Shown here in pieces: positions 25,570-34,530 of a stretch of DNA of 64,000 nucleotides. Positions within the stretch are counted from its first letter, which is position 1. Each line of letters starts with the position of its first letter. Both the position numbers and the translations under genes were made by a program. The notes under the pieces are model-generated. The model made no database searches, was not told the origin of the DNA, and saw nothing but the letters and a program-made list of their open reading frames with translations. The DNA is from Acidimicrobiales bacterium. GTDB lineage: Bacteria; Actinomycetota; Acidimicrobiia; Acidimicrobiales; Aldehydirespiratoraceae. The DNA lies in assembly GCA_965116485.1 (NCBI GenBank), contig OZ220692.1, positions 2,459,152-2,523,151 of the forward strand, given 5' to 3'.

Positions 25570-26540
25570 CCTACCGAGACGCGGTGAGCCGCGCAATCGC
25601 CCAGGAACTCGCGCACGATCCGAACGTGGTGTTCCTCGGCGAAGACGTCGCGGGCGCCGGCGGCGTGTTCAAGGCCACCACGGGACTGCTCGAGCGCTTC
25701 GGCCCCGAACGAGTCCGCGACGCCCCCATCTCCGAGCAGGCGATCCTCGGCGCAGCGATGGGCTCGGCGATGACCGGGCTCCGCCCGATCGCAGAGATCA
25801 TGTTCAGCGACTTCCTCGCCGTGTGCTGGGACATCGTCGCCAACGAGATTGCCAAGAGCCGGTACATGACGGCCGGTCAGCTGAGCTTCCCTCTCGTGAT
25901 CCGCACCGCCAACGGCGGCGGCTCACGCTTTGGCGCCCAGCACTCCCAGAGTGTCGAGAATTGGGCGATGATGATCCCAGGCATCAAGGTCGTCGCCCCC
26001 TCCACCGCCGAGGACCTGATCGGCCTCTTCGCGGCTGCCGTCCGAGACGACGACCCGGTGATGTTCTTCGAACACAAGTCGATTTACCCGATGAAATTCG
26101 ACCTCACCGACCGCGAGGGCGACATCGTCGACGAACTCGGCACCGCCAAGATCGTGCGACCTGGGAAAGACATCACGATCGTCGCCTTGGGGCTCATGGT
26201 CCACCGGGCGCTCGACGCCGCCGAACAGCTCTCCGCCGAAGGCGTCGATGCCGAGGTGATCGATGTTCGTTCACTCGTACCGCTAGACACCAAGACGATC
26301 CTCAGCTCGGTCGCCAAGACCAGCCGTATCGTCACCGTCGAGGAGAATCCTCGACTCTGCGGCTGGGGCGCTGAAATCGCTTCGATTGTCGCTGATGAGG
26401 CGTTCTGGGATCTTGACGCTCCAGTGGTGCGGATCTCGACGCCACACGTCCCATTGCCCGCCGCCGATACCTTGGAGGACGCGACGATCCCGTCCGTGGA
26501 ACGGATCGTCGAGACCGTCACAAGGAGCGCCCACCGATGA
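25557..26540 (+). CDS. 2-oxoacid dehydrogenase E1 beta subunit
   Basis: 327 aa with FLGEDVAGAGGVFKATTGL. Overlaps the alpha-subunit gene. Confidence 0.9.
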   Translation: MAQLTYRDAVSRAIAQELAHDPNVVFLGEDVAGAGGVFKATTGLLERFGPERVRDAPISEQAILGAAMGSAMTGLRPIAEIMFSDFLAVCWDIVANEIAKSRYMTAGQLSFPLVIRTANGGGSRFGAQHSQSVENWAMMIPGIKVVAPSTAEDLIGLFAAAVRDDDPVMFFEHKSIYPMKFDLTDREGDIVDELGTAKIVRPGKDITIVALGLMVHRALDAAEQLSAEGVDAEVIDVRSLVPLDTKTILSSVAKTSRIVTVEENPRLCGWGAEIASIVADEAFWDLDAPVVRISTPHVPLPAADTLEDATIPSVERIVETVTRSAHR

Positions 26541-28027
26541 CCACCGAACCCCGCACAATGCCCACCGAACCCCGCACAATGCCCACCGAACTCCGCACAA
26601 TGCCCACTGACTGTCTCATCGGCGGCGTCTGGCGCGCCGGGTCCGACGGTGATCGCTTCGACATCCACGATCCATCTACGGGCGAGACTATCGCCAGCGT
26701 CGCCAGTGCAACCGTTGAGGACGGCCTTGCCGCCGTCGACGCCGCGCATGACGCCCTTGCCGGTTGGGCCGCCACGCCACCTCGGGAGCGGGCTGAGATC
26801 CTGCGCCGGGCGTTCGACATGATGACCGAGCGCCGCGACGAGATTGCTGAGCTGATCGTGCGCGAGAACGGCAAGACCCTCGCCGACGCTCGAGGCGAAA
26901 CGGCCTACGCAGCCGAGTTCTTTCGTTGGTACGCCGAGGAGGCGGTCCGGGCGCTCGGATCGATCGGATCGTCGCCGACGGGTGACAAGAGGATGCTCGT
27001 GGTTCACCAGCCGGTCGGCGTCGCGGTGCTCGTCACCCCGTGGAACTTCCCAGCGGCCATGGCGACCCGCAAGATCGGCCCAGCGCTCGCTGCCGGCTGC
27101 TCCATCGTGCTCAAGCCAGCCTCCGACACACCTCTCACCGCCCTTCTCGTCGGGGAGATCCTCGAGGAGGCGGACGTGCCCGCCGGGGTCGTGAATATCG
27201 TTCCCTCGCGGCGGTCCGGGGCGATCGTGAGCGCCATGCTGCACGACCCCCGAGTCCGGAAGCTGTCCTTCACCGGCTCGACCGAAGTAGGCCGCAAACT
27301 GCTGCACGAGGCCGCCGACTGCGTCGTCAACACATCGATGGAACTCGGCGGAAACGCCCCGTTCCTCGTCTTCGACGATGCCGACCTCGACGCGGCGATC
27401 GATGGCGCAATGGTCGCCAAGATGCGCAACGGTGGCGAAGCCTGCACCGCGGCAAACCGGTTCTACGTCCAGCGCGGTATAGCGGGCGAATTCACCCGCA
27501 GGCTCGCCGAACGCATGCGAGCCCTAAAGGTCTGCCCGGGGCTCGAAGCCGGTGCTGAGCTGGGTCCATTGGTCAACGAGGCCGCGGTGACCGAGGTCCA
27601 CGACCTCGTCGAATCTGCAGTGGCGAACGGAGCCGCCATCGAAACGGGCGGTGCCCCGATCGACGGTCCCGGACACTTCTACCCGGCGACGGTCATCAGC
27701 TCGGTCCCGCCCGATGCAGACATCCTCAACCACGAGATCTTCGGTCCGGTCGCTCCGGTCGTCGAGTTCGACGAGGAAGCCGAAGCGATCGCGCTCGCAA
27801 ACGACACAGAATACGGCCTCGTAGCGTACCTGTACACGGGGGACCTGGCCCGGGGTCTTCGCGTCAGCGAGGTGCTCGAGGCCGGCATGATCGGGCTCAA
27901 CCGCGGCTTGGTCTCCGATCCCGCCGCGCCTTTCGGCGGGGTGAAGCAGAGCGGCATCGGACGTGAAGGGGGCCACGAGGGCCTGCTCGACTACACCGAA
28001 CAGAAGTACATCGCCACCAATTGGTAG
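26537..28027 (+). CDS. NAD(P)-dependent aldehyde dehydrogenase (succinate-semialdehyde dehydrogenase-like)
   Basis: ELGGNAPFLVFDDADLD and NGGEACTAANRFYV (catalytic Cys). Four in-frame ATGs (26537, 26558, 26579, 26600) precede the conserved LIGGVW region. Confidence 0.85.
   Translation: MTTEPRTMPTEPRTMPTELRTMPTDCLIGGVWRAGSDGDRFDIHDPSTGETIASVASATVEDGLAAVDAAHDALAGWAATPPRERAEILRRAFDMMTERRDEIAELIVRENGKTLADARGETAYAAEFFRWYAEEAVRALGSIGSSPTGDKRMLVVHQPVGVAVLVTPWNFPAAMATRKIGPALAAGCSIVLKPASDTPLTALLVGEILEEADVPAGVVNIVPSRRSGAIVSAMLHDPRVRKLSFTGSTEVGRKLLHEAADCVVNTSMELGGNAPFLVFDDADLDAAIDGAMVAKMRNGGEACTAANRFYVQRGIAGEFTRRLAERMRALKVCPGLEAGAELGPLVNEAAVTEVHDLVESAVANGAAIETGGAPIDGPGHFYPATVISSVPPDADILNHEIFGPVAPVVEFDEEAEAIALANDTEYGLVAYLYTGDLARGLRVSEVLEAGMIGLNRGLVSDPAAPFGGVKQSGIGREGGHEGLLDYTEQKYIATNW
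26541..26603. repeat. 3 x 21-bp tandem repeat at the 5' end of the aldehyde dehydrogenase gene
   Basis: ccaccgaac(c/t)ccgcacaatgc occurs three times. Each unit carries an in-frame ATG (TEPRTMP repeats). Confidence 0.9.
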
Positions 28028-28105
28028 CGTCCGAGCACCAAGGACCCGCACCGTTCGAGCTCTGACCGTCGCCGCTGGTCGGCCCAGCCGCTGAACCGCG
28101 CTCCC

Positions 28106-29623
28106 TCAGGCACTCACCGCTGCTTGACCGGCGGCCAAGGACATCACCGACGTCTCGGTCGCCTCTTCGCCGTTGAGCGTCCCGACGATGCGGCCATCAC
28201 GCATCACATGGATCACATCTGACAGCTCGAGCAGCTCGGGCAGGTCCGAGCTCACGACGAGGACGGCGGCACCGTTGTCGGCGAGGTCCCGAACCAACCG
28301 GTGGATCTCGGCCTTGGCTCCGACGTCGACCCCTCGGGTCGGCTCGTCGAGCACGATCACGCGTGGGTCGCGGCCGAGCCACTTGGCGAGCACCAGCTTC
28401 TGTTGGTTTCCTCCGCTGAAGTCACCGCCGTCGCGGTCGATTTCCGGGGGCCGGAGACCGACCCGGTCCGCCAAATCCTTGGAGAACCGAGCGATCTTGC
28501 GGAAGGCCAGAAGCGTGCCCCGAGACAGCGCACGCCGGTTCGGGAGCGTGATGTTCTCCGCGACCGTCATGGTGAGCGCCAGACCATCGGCGCGGCGCTC
28601 CTCGGGGATGTAGGCCAGCCCGTTGGCGACGGCCATTCCGTAGCTTGTGATGGGAACCATCTGCTCGCCGTCGAACAACATGGTGCTGCCCCCCGTGCGC
28701 GGGTCGGCGCCGATCATCGCTCGCACCAATTCGGTCCGTCCCGCGCCGACAAGGCCCCCGAGCCCCACGATCTGCCCGGCGCGAACGTCGAGGTCGACGT
28801 CGTCGACCCCGTTGCCAACAATTCCGCGGGCGCTCAGGAGCGGGTCGCCGATCACGCCGGCAACATGATGATCAGCGAGAACTTCCGAAAGCTCGCGACC
28901 GACCATCATCTCGATCAAGGCGTCCGGTTCCGTTTCGTCGATCGTGACAGTGTCGACGTGCTTCCCGTCGCGAAGCACGGTCACGCGATCGCAGATCCTG
29001 AAGATCTCCGGGATCCGGTGGGAGATGTAGATGATGGCCAGGCCTTGAGCGGCCAGCCGCTGCAACATGTCGAGGAGATAGTCCGTCTCCGCCGGCGTCA
29101 GCGTGGCGGTCGGCTCGTCGAGGATCAGCACCTGAGGGCTGCGGGCGACAGCCCGGGCGATCTCGACGAACTGACGAAGCGCGACCGACAGCCGCACGAC
29201 AGGCTCGTCGAGGTTGACCTTGACATTGATCTCGGCGAGGGCTTGCGCAGCAATCCGGCGCTGTTCGGCGCGACTGATGAACCCGGCGTTGGTCGGCATC
29301 GACCCGAGCATGATGTTCTCGGCGACCGTCATCTCCGGAACCAGGCTCAGTTCTTGGTGCACCAAAGAGATGCCGGCATCGATTGCCTCGCCCGCTCCGC
29401 CCTCCAGTTCCACGCCATCGACCAAGACCCGTCCCCGGTCGGGCTGAAGAATGCCGGCGAGCACGCGCATGAGTGTCGACTTACCGGCTCCGTTCTCGCC
29501 CACCAGCCCATGGATCTCGCCCCGGGGGACCGCCAAGCTGACATCGTCGACGGCGAAGACGCCACCGAAGTGCTTGGCGATACCGTGCGCCTCAATGATG
29601 TGCTCGATGAATTGATCGGTCAT
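28106..29623 (-). CDS. Sugar ABC transporter ATP-binding protein (two nucleotide-binding domains)
   Basis: Start MTDQFIEHI (ATG 29623). GLVGENGAGKSTL and a second Walker A GLVGAGRTEL. Signature FSGGNQQKLVLAKWL. Confidence 0.85.
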   Translation of the reverse strand: MTDQFIEHIIEAHGIAKHFGGVFAVDDVSLAVPRGEIHGLVGENGAGKSTLMRVLAGILQPDRGRVLVDGVELEGGAGEAIDAGISLVHQELSLVPEMTVAENIMLGSMPTNAGFISRAEQRRIAAQALAEINVKVNLDEPVVRLSVALRQFVEIARAVARSPQVLILDEPTATLTPAETDYLLDMLQRLAAQGLAIIYISHRIPEIFRICDRVTVLRDGKHVDTVTIDETEPDALIEMMVGRELSEVLADHHVAGVIGDPLLSARGIVGNGVDDVDLDVRAGQIVGLGGLVGAGRTELVRAMIGADPRTGGSTMLFDGEQMVPITSYGMAVANGLAYIPEERRADGLALTMTVAENITLPNRRALSRGTLLAFRKIARFSKDLADRVGLRPPEIDRDGGDFSGGNQQKLVLAKWLGRDPRVIVLDEPTRGVDVGAKAEIHRLVRDLADNGAAVLVVSSDLPELLELSDVIHVMRDGRIVGTLNGEEATETSVMSLAAGQAAVSA

Positions 29624-29684
29624 GATGCTCTCCCTCGACGCCGCTCCAGACCTGCGCCCAACGCGATGCAACCGCAGACGGTGA

Positions 29685-29698
29685 TGCAATCGTTTGCA
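29685..29698. promoter_or_regulatory. LacI-type operator tgcaatcgtttgca
   Basis: Same 14-mer as at 23039, located between the ABC ATPase gene and the divergent SDR gene. Confidence 0.6.
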
Positions 29699-29749
29699 CT
29701 GGCGAACATCTTAGTTGAATGGGAACACGGCGCGCCAGATGCTCCATGA

Positions 29750-29763
29750 TGCAATCGTTTGCA
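29750..29763. promoter_or_regulatory. LacI-type operator tgcaatcgtttgca
   Basis: Second identical 14-mer in the same intergenic region, 65 bp from the first. Confidence 0.6.
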
Positions 29764-29825
29764 GTTTCTCTGGCCCAGAACCTAGTATCCCCCTCAACCA
29801 GGATCGACCACAGGGAGATGCCGTC

Positions 29826-30629
29826 ATGGATCCAAATCGCCTCAAGCACAAGAACATTCTCATCACGGGGGCCGCCCGAGGGATGGGCGCCAAGAACGCC
29901 GAGCACTTCGCCGAGCAGGGCGCGAACGTATGCTTGGCTGACGTCGACGTCGGCACCGCGCAGGCCGTCGCCGACGGCATCAACGCGAAGGGCAACGGGT
30001 CGGCCGTCGCGGTCCGCTCCGATGTGACCAAACGTGAGGAGAATGCCGCGGCCGTCGCTGCCACCGTGGAAGCCTTCGGCTCCATCAACGTCGGTGTGTT
30101 CAACGCTGGACTCAACAAGCCCCGGTTCTTCATGGACATCGATGAGGACAACTGGAACCTCATCATGGACGTCAACACCAAGGGCATGTGGCTGGGCATG
30201 CAGGAGACCGCCCGGCAGATGATCGCCCAAGGCCCCGAGGAGCATCCCTACAAGATGATCTGCGTCGGCTCGGTCGCGTCTCGCAAACCGCTCGAGGACG
30301 TCACCGTCTACTGCACTTCGAAGTACGGCTGCCTTGCGCTGACCCATTGCGGCGCCGTTGCGCTCGCCGAGCACAACATCACCGTCAACGGCTACGCCCC
30401 GGGCGTCGTCGACACTCCACTCTGGGAGCAACTCGACAAGGACCTCGTCGAGATTGGCTTCAAGGAGCGCGAGGGGCAGGCCTTCGAGGACATTTCCGAG
30501 ATCCTTGCCCTCAAGCGGGTCTCCTACCCTGACGACATCAAGGGCACCGCGGCGTTTCTCGTCAGCGACGACAGCGACTACATGACTGGCCAGATGATCC
30601 ACATCGACGGCGGTTGGGTCATCCAGTAG
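29826..30629 (+). CDS. Short-chain dehydrogenase/reductase (SDR)
   Basis: Start MDPNRLKHKNILITGAARGMG (ATG 29826 after cagggagatgccgtc). YCTSKYG catalytic motif. Confidence 0.85.
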   Translation: MDPNRLKHKNILITGAARGMGAKNAEHFAEQGANVCLADVDVGTAQAVADGINAKGNGSAVAVRSDVTKREENAAAVAATVEAFGSINVGVFNAGLNKPRFFMDIDEDNWNLIMDVNTKGMWLGMQETARQMIAQGPEEHPYKMICVGSVASRKPLEDVTVYCTSKYGCLALTHCGAVALAEHNITVNGYAPGVVDTPLWEQLDKDLVEIGFKEREGQAFEDISEILALKRVSYPDDIKGTAAFLVSDDSDYMTGQMIHIDGGWVIQ

Positions 30630-30690
30630 CTGCAACCTCCGAACCGGCTCGAGTCCACTACGGCCGAGCCGGCAGAACCACGGTACTGTG

Positions 30691-31620
30691 TCACGCGCCG
30701 GAAGTGGGCAGCTGTTGTTGAACGGTGAGGGTGTCGGCGAAGAGGTCACCGAGCTCGGCTGTCCGATCAAGCGCCTCGCCGGCTTCAAAGACCAGGGGTT
30801 CACCGTCGGCACCGTCTGATACCTCATCCCAACTCAACGGAGTCGACACCGTCGGTCGGTCCCTGCCGCGCAGCGAATAGGGGGCGATCGTCGTCTTGTG
30901 GCGGGAGTTCTGGCTCCAGTCGACAAAGACCTTGTTGGCGCGACGCTTGCGGTTCATGTCGGACAAAACCAACTCCGGGGAGTTCTGTTCAAGCAACTGA
31001 GCTACCGCCAGCGCAAAATCAGAAGCATCGGTATGCTTGTGCGGGGAGTTCAGCGGCACGTAGAGCTGCAAGCCCTTGTTGCCCGATGTCTTGGCGCACG
31101 ACTGCAAACCGACGCTCTCCAATACGCCGCAGATTGCCAGCGCCACTCGGCAGCACTCGATTATCGAGGCCGGGTCACCGGGATCCAGGTCGAAAACGAC
31201 CATCGACGGCGAGTCGGTCTCACCGCAACGGGCCATCGGCGGGTGAATCTCGAGCGCCGCGAGGTTCGCGGTCCACGCGATCGCGGCCACCGAATCCATA
31301 CGGCAGTAGTCGATGCCGCCTCGACGGTCTCCAGGCCCCACACAGGTGCTGACCCAACCAGGGCGATGGGAAGGACAGCGCTTCTCAAAGAAGGATTCGC
31401 TGGTGATCCCGTCGGGCCAGCGTCGCAGGGTGATCCCACGATCAGCTATATGGGGCAACAGCGTCGGCGCGACCCGGACGTAGTAGCCGATCACCTGGGC
31501 CTTCGTGAACCCGACCAGCGGATACGGCAACTTGTCTAGGTTGCTGACCGACAACCGTCGGCCATCGACTGTCACTTCGACTCGCTCTGGTTCGATTCGC
31601 TCTGCCTCAGCCATCAGCAC
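30691..31620 (-). CDS. NHEJ polymerase/primase domain protein (LigD Pol domain, stand-alone)
   Basis: 309 aa. LSVSNLDKLPYP and RRWPDGITSESFFEKR match LigD primase-polymerase domains. Confidence 0.75.
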   Translation of the reverse strand: MLMAEAERIEPERVEVTVDGRRLSVSNLDKLPYPLVGFTKAQVIGYYVRVAPTLLPHIADRGITLRRWPDGITSESFFEKRCPSHRPGWVSTCVGPGDRRGGIDYCRMDSVAAIAWTANLAALEIHPPMARCGETDSPSMVVFDLDPGDPASIIECCRVALAICGVLESVGLQSCAKTSGNKGLQLYVPLNSPHKHTDASDFALAVAQLLEQNSPELVLSDMNRKRRANKVFVDWSQNSRHKTTIAPYSLRGRDRPTVSTPLSWDEVSDGADGEPLVFEAGEALDRTAELGDLFADTLTVQQQLPTSGA

Positions 31621-31623
31621 CGA

Positions 31624-32058
31624 TCACGCCGCGCGCTCGGCCTGCTCGGGCTGCTCGGGCTGCTCGGCAGCCTTCGAGCGCCCGCCGGTGCGACCCCCTG
31701 ACGGGTGTCGCTTGCGGGCTTTCTTGGCCTCCTTCACCGACGCCTCAAGAGCAGCCATGAGGTCGATCACCTTGTCGGAGGACGGCGCCGGGGCACGCAT
31801 CAGATCATCGCTGCGTTCCCCCGCCGCCTTCCGCTCGATCAACTCGAGAACCGCCTCTCGGTGGGTGTCGCTGTGACGGGTCGGATCGAAGGTCGAATCG
31901 AGTGTGGCAATCAACTGCTGCGCCATCGCCTGCTCACGCTCATCGATCTCAATGTCGGCCAGCGTTTCGAATCCGTGAACCGCGGTGAACAGACGCACCG
32001 GAATGTTGACCAGTCCGAAGCTGATGCTTCCGCTCCAAATCGCTCTGGGCACGCCCAC
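31624..32058 (-). CDS. ku: Ku-like protein lacking the core domain (in-frame internal deletion)
   Basis: 144 aa. RAIWSGSISFGLVNIPVRLFTAV is the Ku N-terminus, joined directly to EIDEREQAMAQQLIATLDSTFDPTRHSDTHREAVLELIERK, the C-terminal region of bacterial Ku (normally about 270 aa). Confidence 0.65.
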   Translation of the reverse strand: MGVPRAIWSGSISFGLVNIPVRLFTAVHGFETLADIEIDEREQAMAQQLIATLDSTFDPTRHSDTHREAVLELIERKAAGERSDDLMRAPAPSSDKVIDLMAALEASVKEAKKARKRHPSGGRTGGRSKAAEQPEQPEQAERAA

Positions 32059-32100
32059 GAGTGTAGTTGAGCGCTGGATTGGGGTTGCTTTCGGCGTTGC

Positions 32101-32263
32101 TGTTGCCGGGCGCAGCCGGAGCCGCGGTGGCGTCGCCGGGCGCAGCCGGAGCCGCGGGGGCGTCGCCGGGCGCAGCCGGAGCCGCGGGGGCGTCGCCGGG
32201 CGCAGCCGGAGCCGCGGGGGCGTCGCCGGGCGCAGCCGGAGCCGCGGGGGCGTTGCCGGAGCC
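32101..32263. repeat. 30-bp tandem repeat, 5 full copies plus a partial
   Basis: The unit cgt(c/t)gccgggcgcagccggagccgcgg(g/t)gg is repeated head to tail between the ku remnant and the membrane-protein gene. Confidence 0.9.
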
Positions 32264-32275
32264 CGGCTGGTCCGG

Positions 32276-33130
32276 TCAGGGGGCGAGCAGGATTCGGGCT
32301 ACGAGATCCTGGCCGAAGGCCGTGAGGATGGCCAGGTACATCAAACCCGTCGCGGCCATGACCGCGGAATAGGCACGTTCCCGCAGGGCGGCCCGCGTGA
32401 CGACGACCAGGCCGATCGTGGTCACCACGCAGGCGACCCAGAACCAACCGAGGAGGCCGTTGTAGGCATCGTCGATAGTGCCGTTCAGCACCGACACCAT
32501 CCCTGTGGGCCACAGCAACAGGATCGTCTCAGGGACCCAGACGACACCCGTCCATTTCACCAGCTCGAGGATCGGACCTCTGGCCAGACCCGGCTGCACC
32601 AGATACCAGTGACCCAGAAGCATTGCGTCGGACACGACACCCAGGAACAGGGCGCTGACCAATCCGCGGGCGATCGACAAGGCGACCGGGTCACCGGCAT
32701 TGATCGAGGCGAAGAGCACTGCGACCATGGCTACCGCTGCTGCAGCCAAGTCCAGAGACGGCGGAAACTCCGGCGCCGAGTCGTCGAAACGTGGTTCATC
32801 ACGGTCGATACCGGTCATCTCCGCCACCCGTGCGGAGCGCCGCTCAACAACCGACCTCTGACCCGAAACGCCCGCTGACCTGCGAGCTATCGAAACGACC
32901 AGCGCGATCCCGCCGACCACTAGGAATCCGATTGTGGTCAGATCGCGCGTCCAGACCACGCCGGTCGCCAACGCCACGGCCACCGAACCTGCAGCCAGAG
33001 CAAGGAACACGATTCGCTGCAGCCAGCCGTACCCGAGTCCCACCTCACGACGCCGAGTCGTGACCCACAAGAAGACCCAACCGCCCGCCGCCCATTGCAC
33101 CAGAACCGTGGCGGCATCAACGCGAATCAC
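32276..33130 (-). CDS. Polytopic membrane protein of unknown function
   Basis: 284-aa ORF with multiple hydrophobic segments. No family recognised. Flanked by related tandem-repeat arrays, and a fragment copy lies at 14814-14925. Confidence 0.5.
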   Translation of the reverse strand: MIRVDAATVLVQWAAGGWVFLWVTTRRREVGLGYGWLQRIVFLALAAGSVAVALATGVVWTRDLTTIGFLVVGGIALVVSIARRSAGVSGQRSVVERRSARVAEMTGIDRDEPRFDDSAPEFPPSLDLAAAAVAMVAVLFASINAGDPVALSIARGLVSALFLGVVSDAMLLGHWYLVQPGLARGPILELVKWTGVVWVPETILLLWPTGMVSVLNGTIDDAYNGLLGWFWVACVVTTIGLVVVTRAALRERAYSAVMAATGLMYLAILTAFGQDLVARILLAP

Positions 33131-33198
33131 CGCGTCAAACTACCGACAAACGGATCGCCTACGCCGCTCGAACCGGACTCGACGACCTCGTTGCCGTC

Positions 33199-33330
33199 GC
33201 CGGGCGCAACCGGAACCGCAGGGCACTGTGCTCGCCGGGCACTGTGCTCGCCGGGCGCAACCGGAACCGCAGGGCACTGTGCTCGCCGGGCGCAACCGGA
33301 ACCGCAGGGCACTGTGCTCGCCGGGCCCTG
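33199..33330. repeat. 35-bp tandem repeat array (3 full copies plus one internally deleted copy)
   Basis: Unit gccgggcgcaaccggaaccgcagggcactgtgctc. It shares the gccgggcgca(a/g)ccgga(a/g)ccgc core with the 32101 array. Confidence 0.85.
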
Positions 33331-33344
33331 CTCGGGCCGACTCG

Positions 33345-34454
33345 TCATGCCTCCACAACGACTAGATGATGGTCGACGAGGTTCAACGAATCAGGGCCTG
33401 CCTCGGTCGCGACCACAATGTCCTCAAGACGCATCCCCCAGCGGCCCGGCATGTAGATCCCAGGCTCGATCGAGAAGGCGTTCCCCGCCACCAGCGGCGC
33501 CTCGTTGCCCTCGACGATGTAGGGGTCCTCATGTTCCTCAACCCCGATCCCGTGACCCGTCCGGTGGATGAAGTAACTGCCGAAACCCGCCGCGGCGATC
33601 CGCTCCCGAGAGGTCCGGTCGACATCCTGCGCCGGCGTCCCGACCCTGGCCGCGGCGACCGCTGCCGCCTGCGCCTCGTGCAGAACCGCGTACGCCTCCA
33701 GATACTCGCGGTCGGGTCGAGGCCCCACCCAGACACAGCGGGTCACGTCCGAGCAGTAGCCGACGCCGTCATCTCCGATCATTGTCCCACCGAAGTCGCA
33801 CAGGAGCGCCTCGCCCGCAGAAATCACCCGGGAACCGGCCTCGTGGTGAGGGCTGGCAGCGTTGGGTCCGGTCGCCACGATCGCGAAGTTCACCCGGTCG
33901 TGGCCCTCGGCGATGATCTGACGGCCGAGTTCAGCCGACACCTCGGCCTCGGTCCTGCCGATCAGCGGGATCTCCCCTTGCTGCAAGCGCGCCGCGATCG
34001 CGTCCACGGCCCGGCTCGCGGCTCGCAAACGTTCGATTTCGGCAGCGTCCTTCACCGAGCGAATGCCGCTGGTTATCGAACTGGCCCGGCGAAACTTCGT
34101 CTTCGGTCGAGCAGACATCAGATCGACGAGGAACCCCGACCACATGTGATCGCCCACCGCAGCGGTCGACACAGGTCCCATCAGAGTCGCGATCAGCGCA
34201 ATCGGGTCTTCGGTCTCGGACCACGGACGCAGCGTGAACAGTTCGGGACGCGGCGTGACCCGTGAGGCTTCCAGCGCCGGCACGACCAGCGCGGCATCGC
34301 CGTCGCGGGGCACCACGAGCATGGTGATCCGCTCCAGCGGCATCGCCTCGTAACCGCAGAAGTACGGCAGATCAGCGCCGACCGACAACAGCAGCACATC
34401 CACCCCGTCGGCAGTCATCTTCTCTCGTGCCCGTTTCAGGCGTTCAGCGAACAT
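33345..34454 (-). CDS. M24-family Xaa-Pro aminopeptidase
   Basis: Start MFAERLKRAREKM (ATG 34454). HRTGHGIGVEEHEDPY and SIEPGIYMPGRWGMRLEDIV. Confidence 0.8.
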   Translation of the reverse strand: MFAERLKRAREKMTADGVDVLLLSVGADLPYFCGYEAMPLERITMLVVPRDGDAALVVPALEASRVTPRPELFTLRPWSETEDPIALIATLMGPVSTAAVGDHMWSGFLVDLMSARPKTKFRRASSITSGIRSVKDAAEIERLRAASRAVDAIAARLQQGEIPLIGRTEAEVSAELGRQIIAEGHDRVNFAIVATGPNAASPHHEAGSRVISAGEALLCDFGGTMIGDDGVGYCSDVTRCVWVGPRPDREYLEAYAVLHEAQAAAVAAARVGTPAQDVDRTSRERIAAAGFGSYFIHRTGHGIGVEEHEDPYIVEGNEAPLVAGNAFSIEPGIYMPGRWGMRLEDIVVATEAGPDSLNLVDHHLVVVEA

Positions 34455-34530
34455 GAGCACCACGCTAGCGGCCCGACCCATCCGAAATCTGCGCGTTCGG
34501 CCACACAAATTGTCGCTTAACGCGCAGATT

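Noticed and set aside
26084-29749. Long antisense ORFs 26084-27307 (minus) and 28301-29749 (plus). Similar shadows lie elsewhere at 43002-44366, 38561-39736, 61395-62987 and 36075-36863.
   Set aside because: Each lies opposite a gene with clear family motifs and has Arg/Gly/Asp-rich shadow-frame composition.
32067-32372. ORF encoding a signal-peptide-like start followed by PGAAGAAGAS repeats
   Set aside because: The repeat peptide is just the translation of the 30-bp tandem array, and the ORF ends by overlapping the 3' end of the membrane-protein gene on the other strand. I cannot support it as a gene.
32101-33330. Possible CRISPR arrays at 32101-32263 and 33199-33330
   Set aside because: The units are contiguous tandem repeats with no unique spacers between them, and no cas genes are present.
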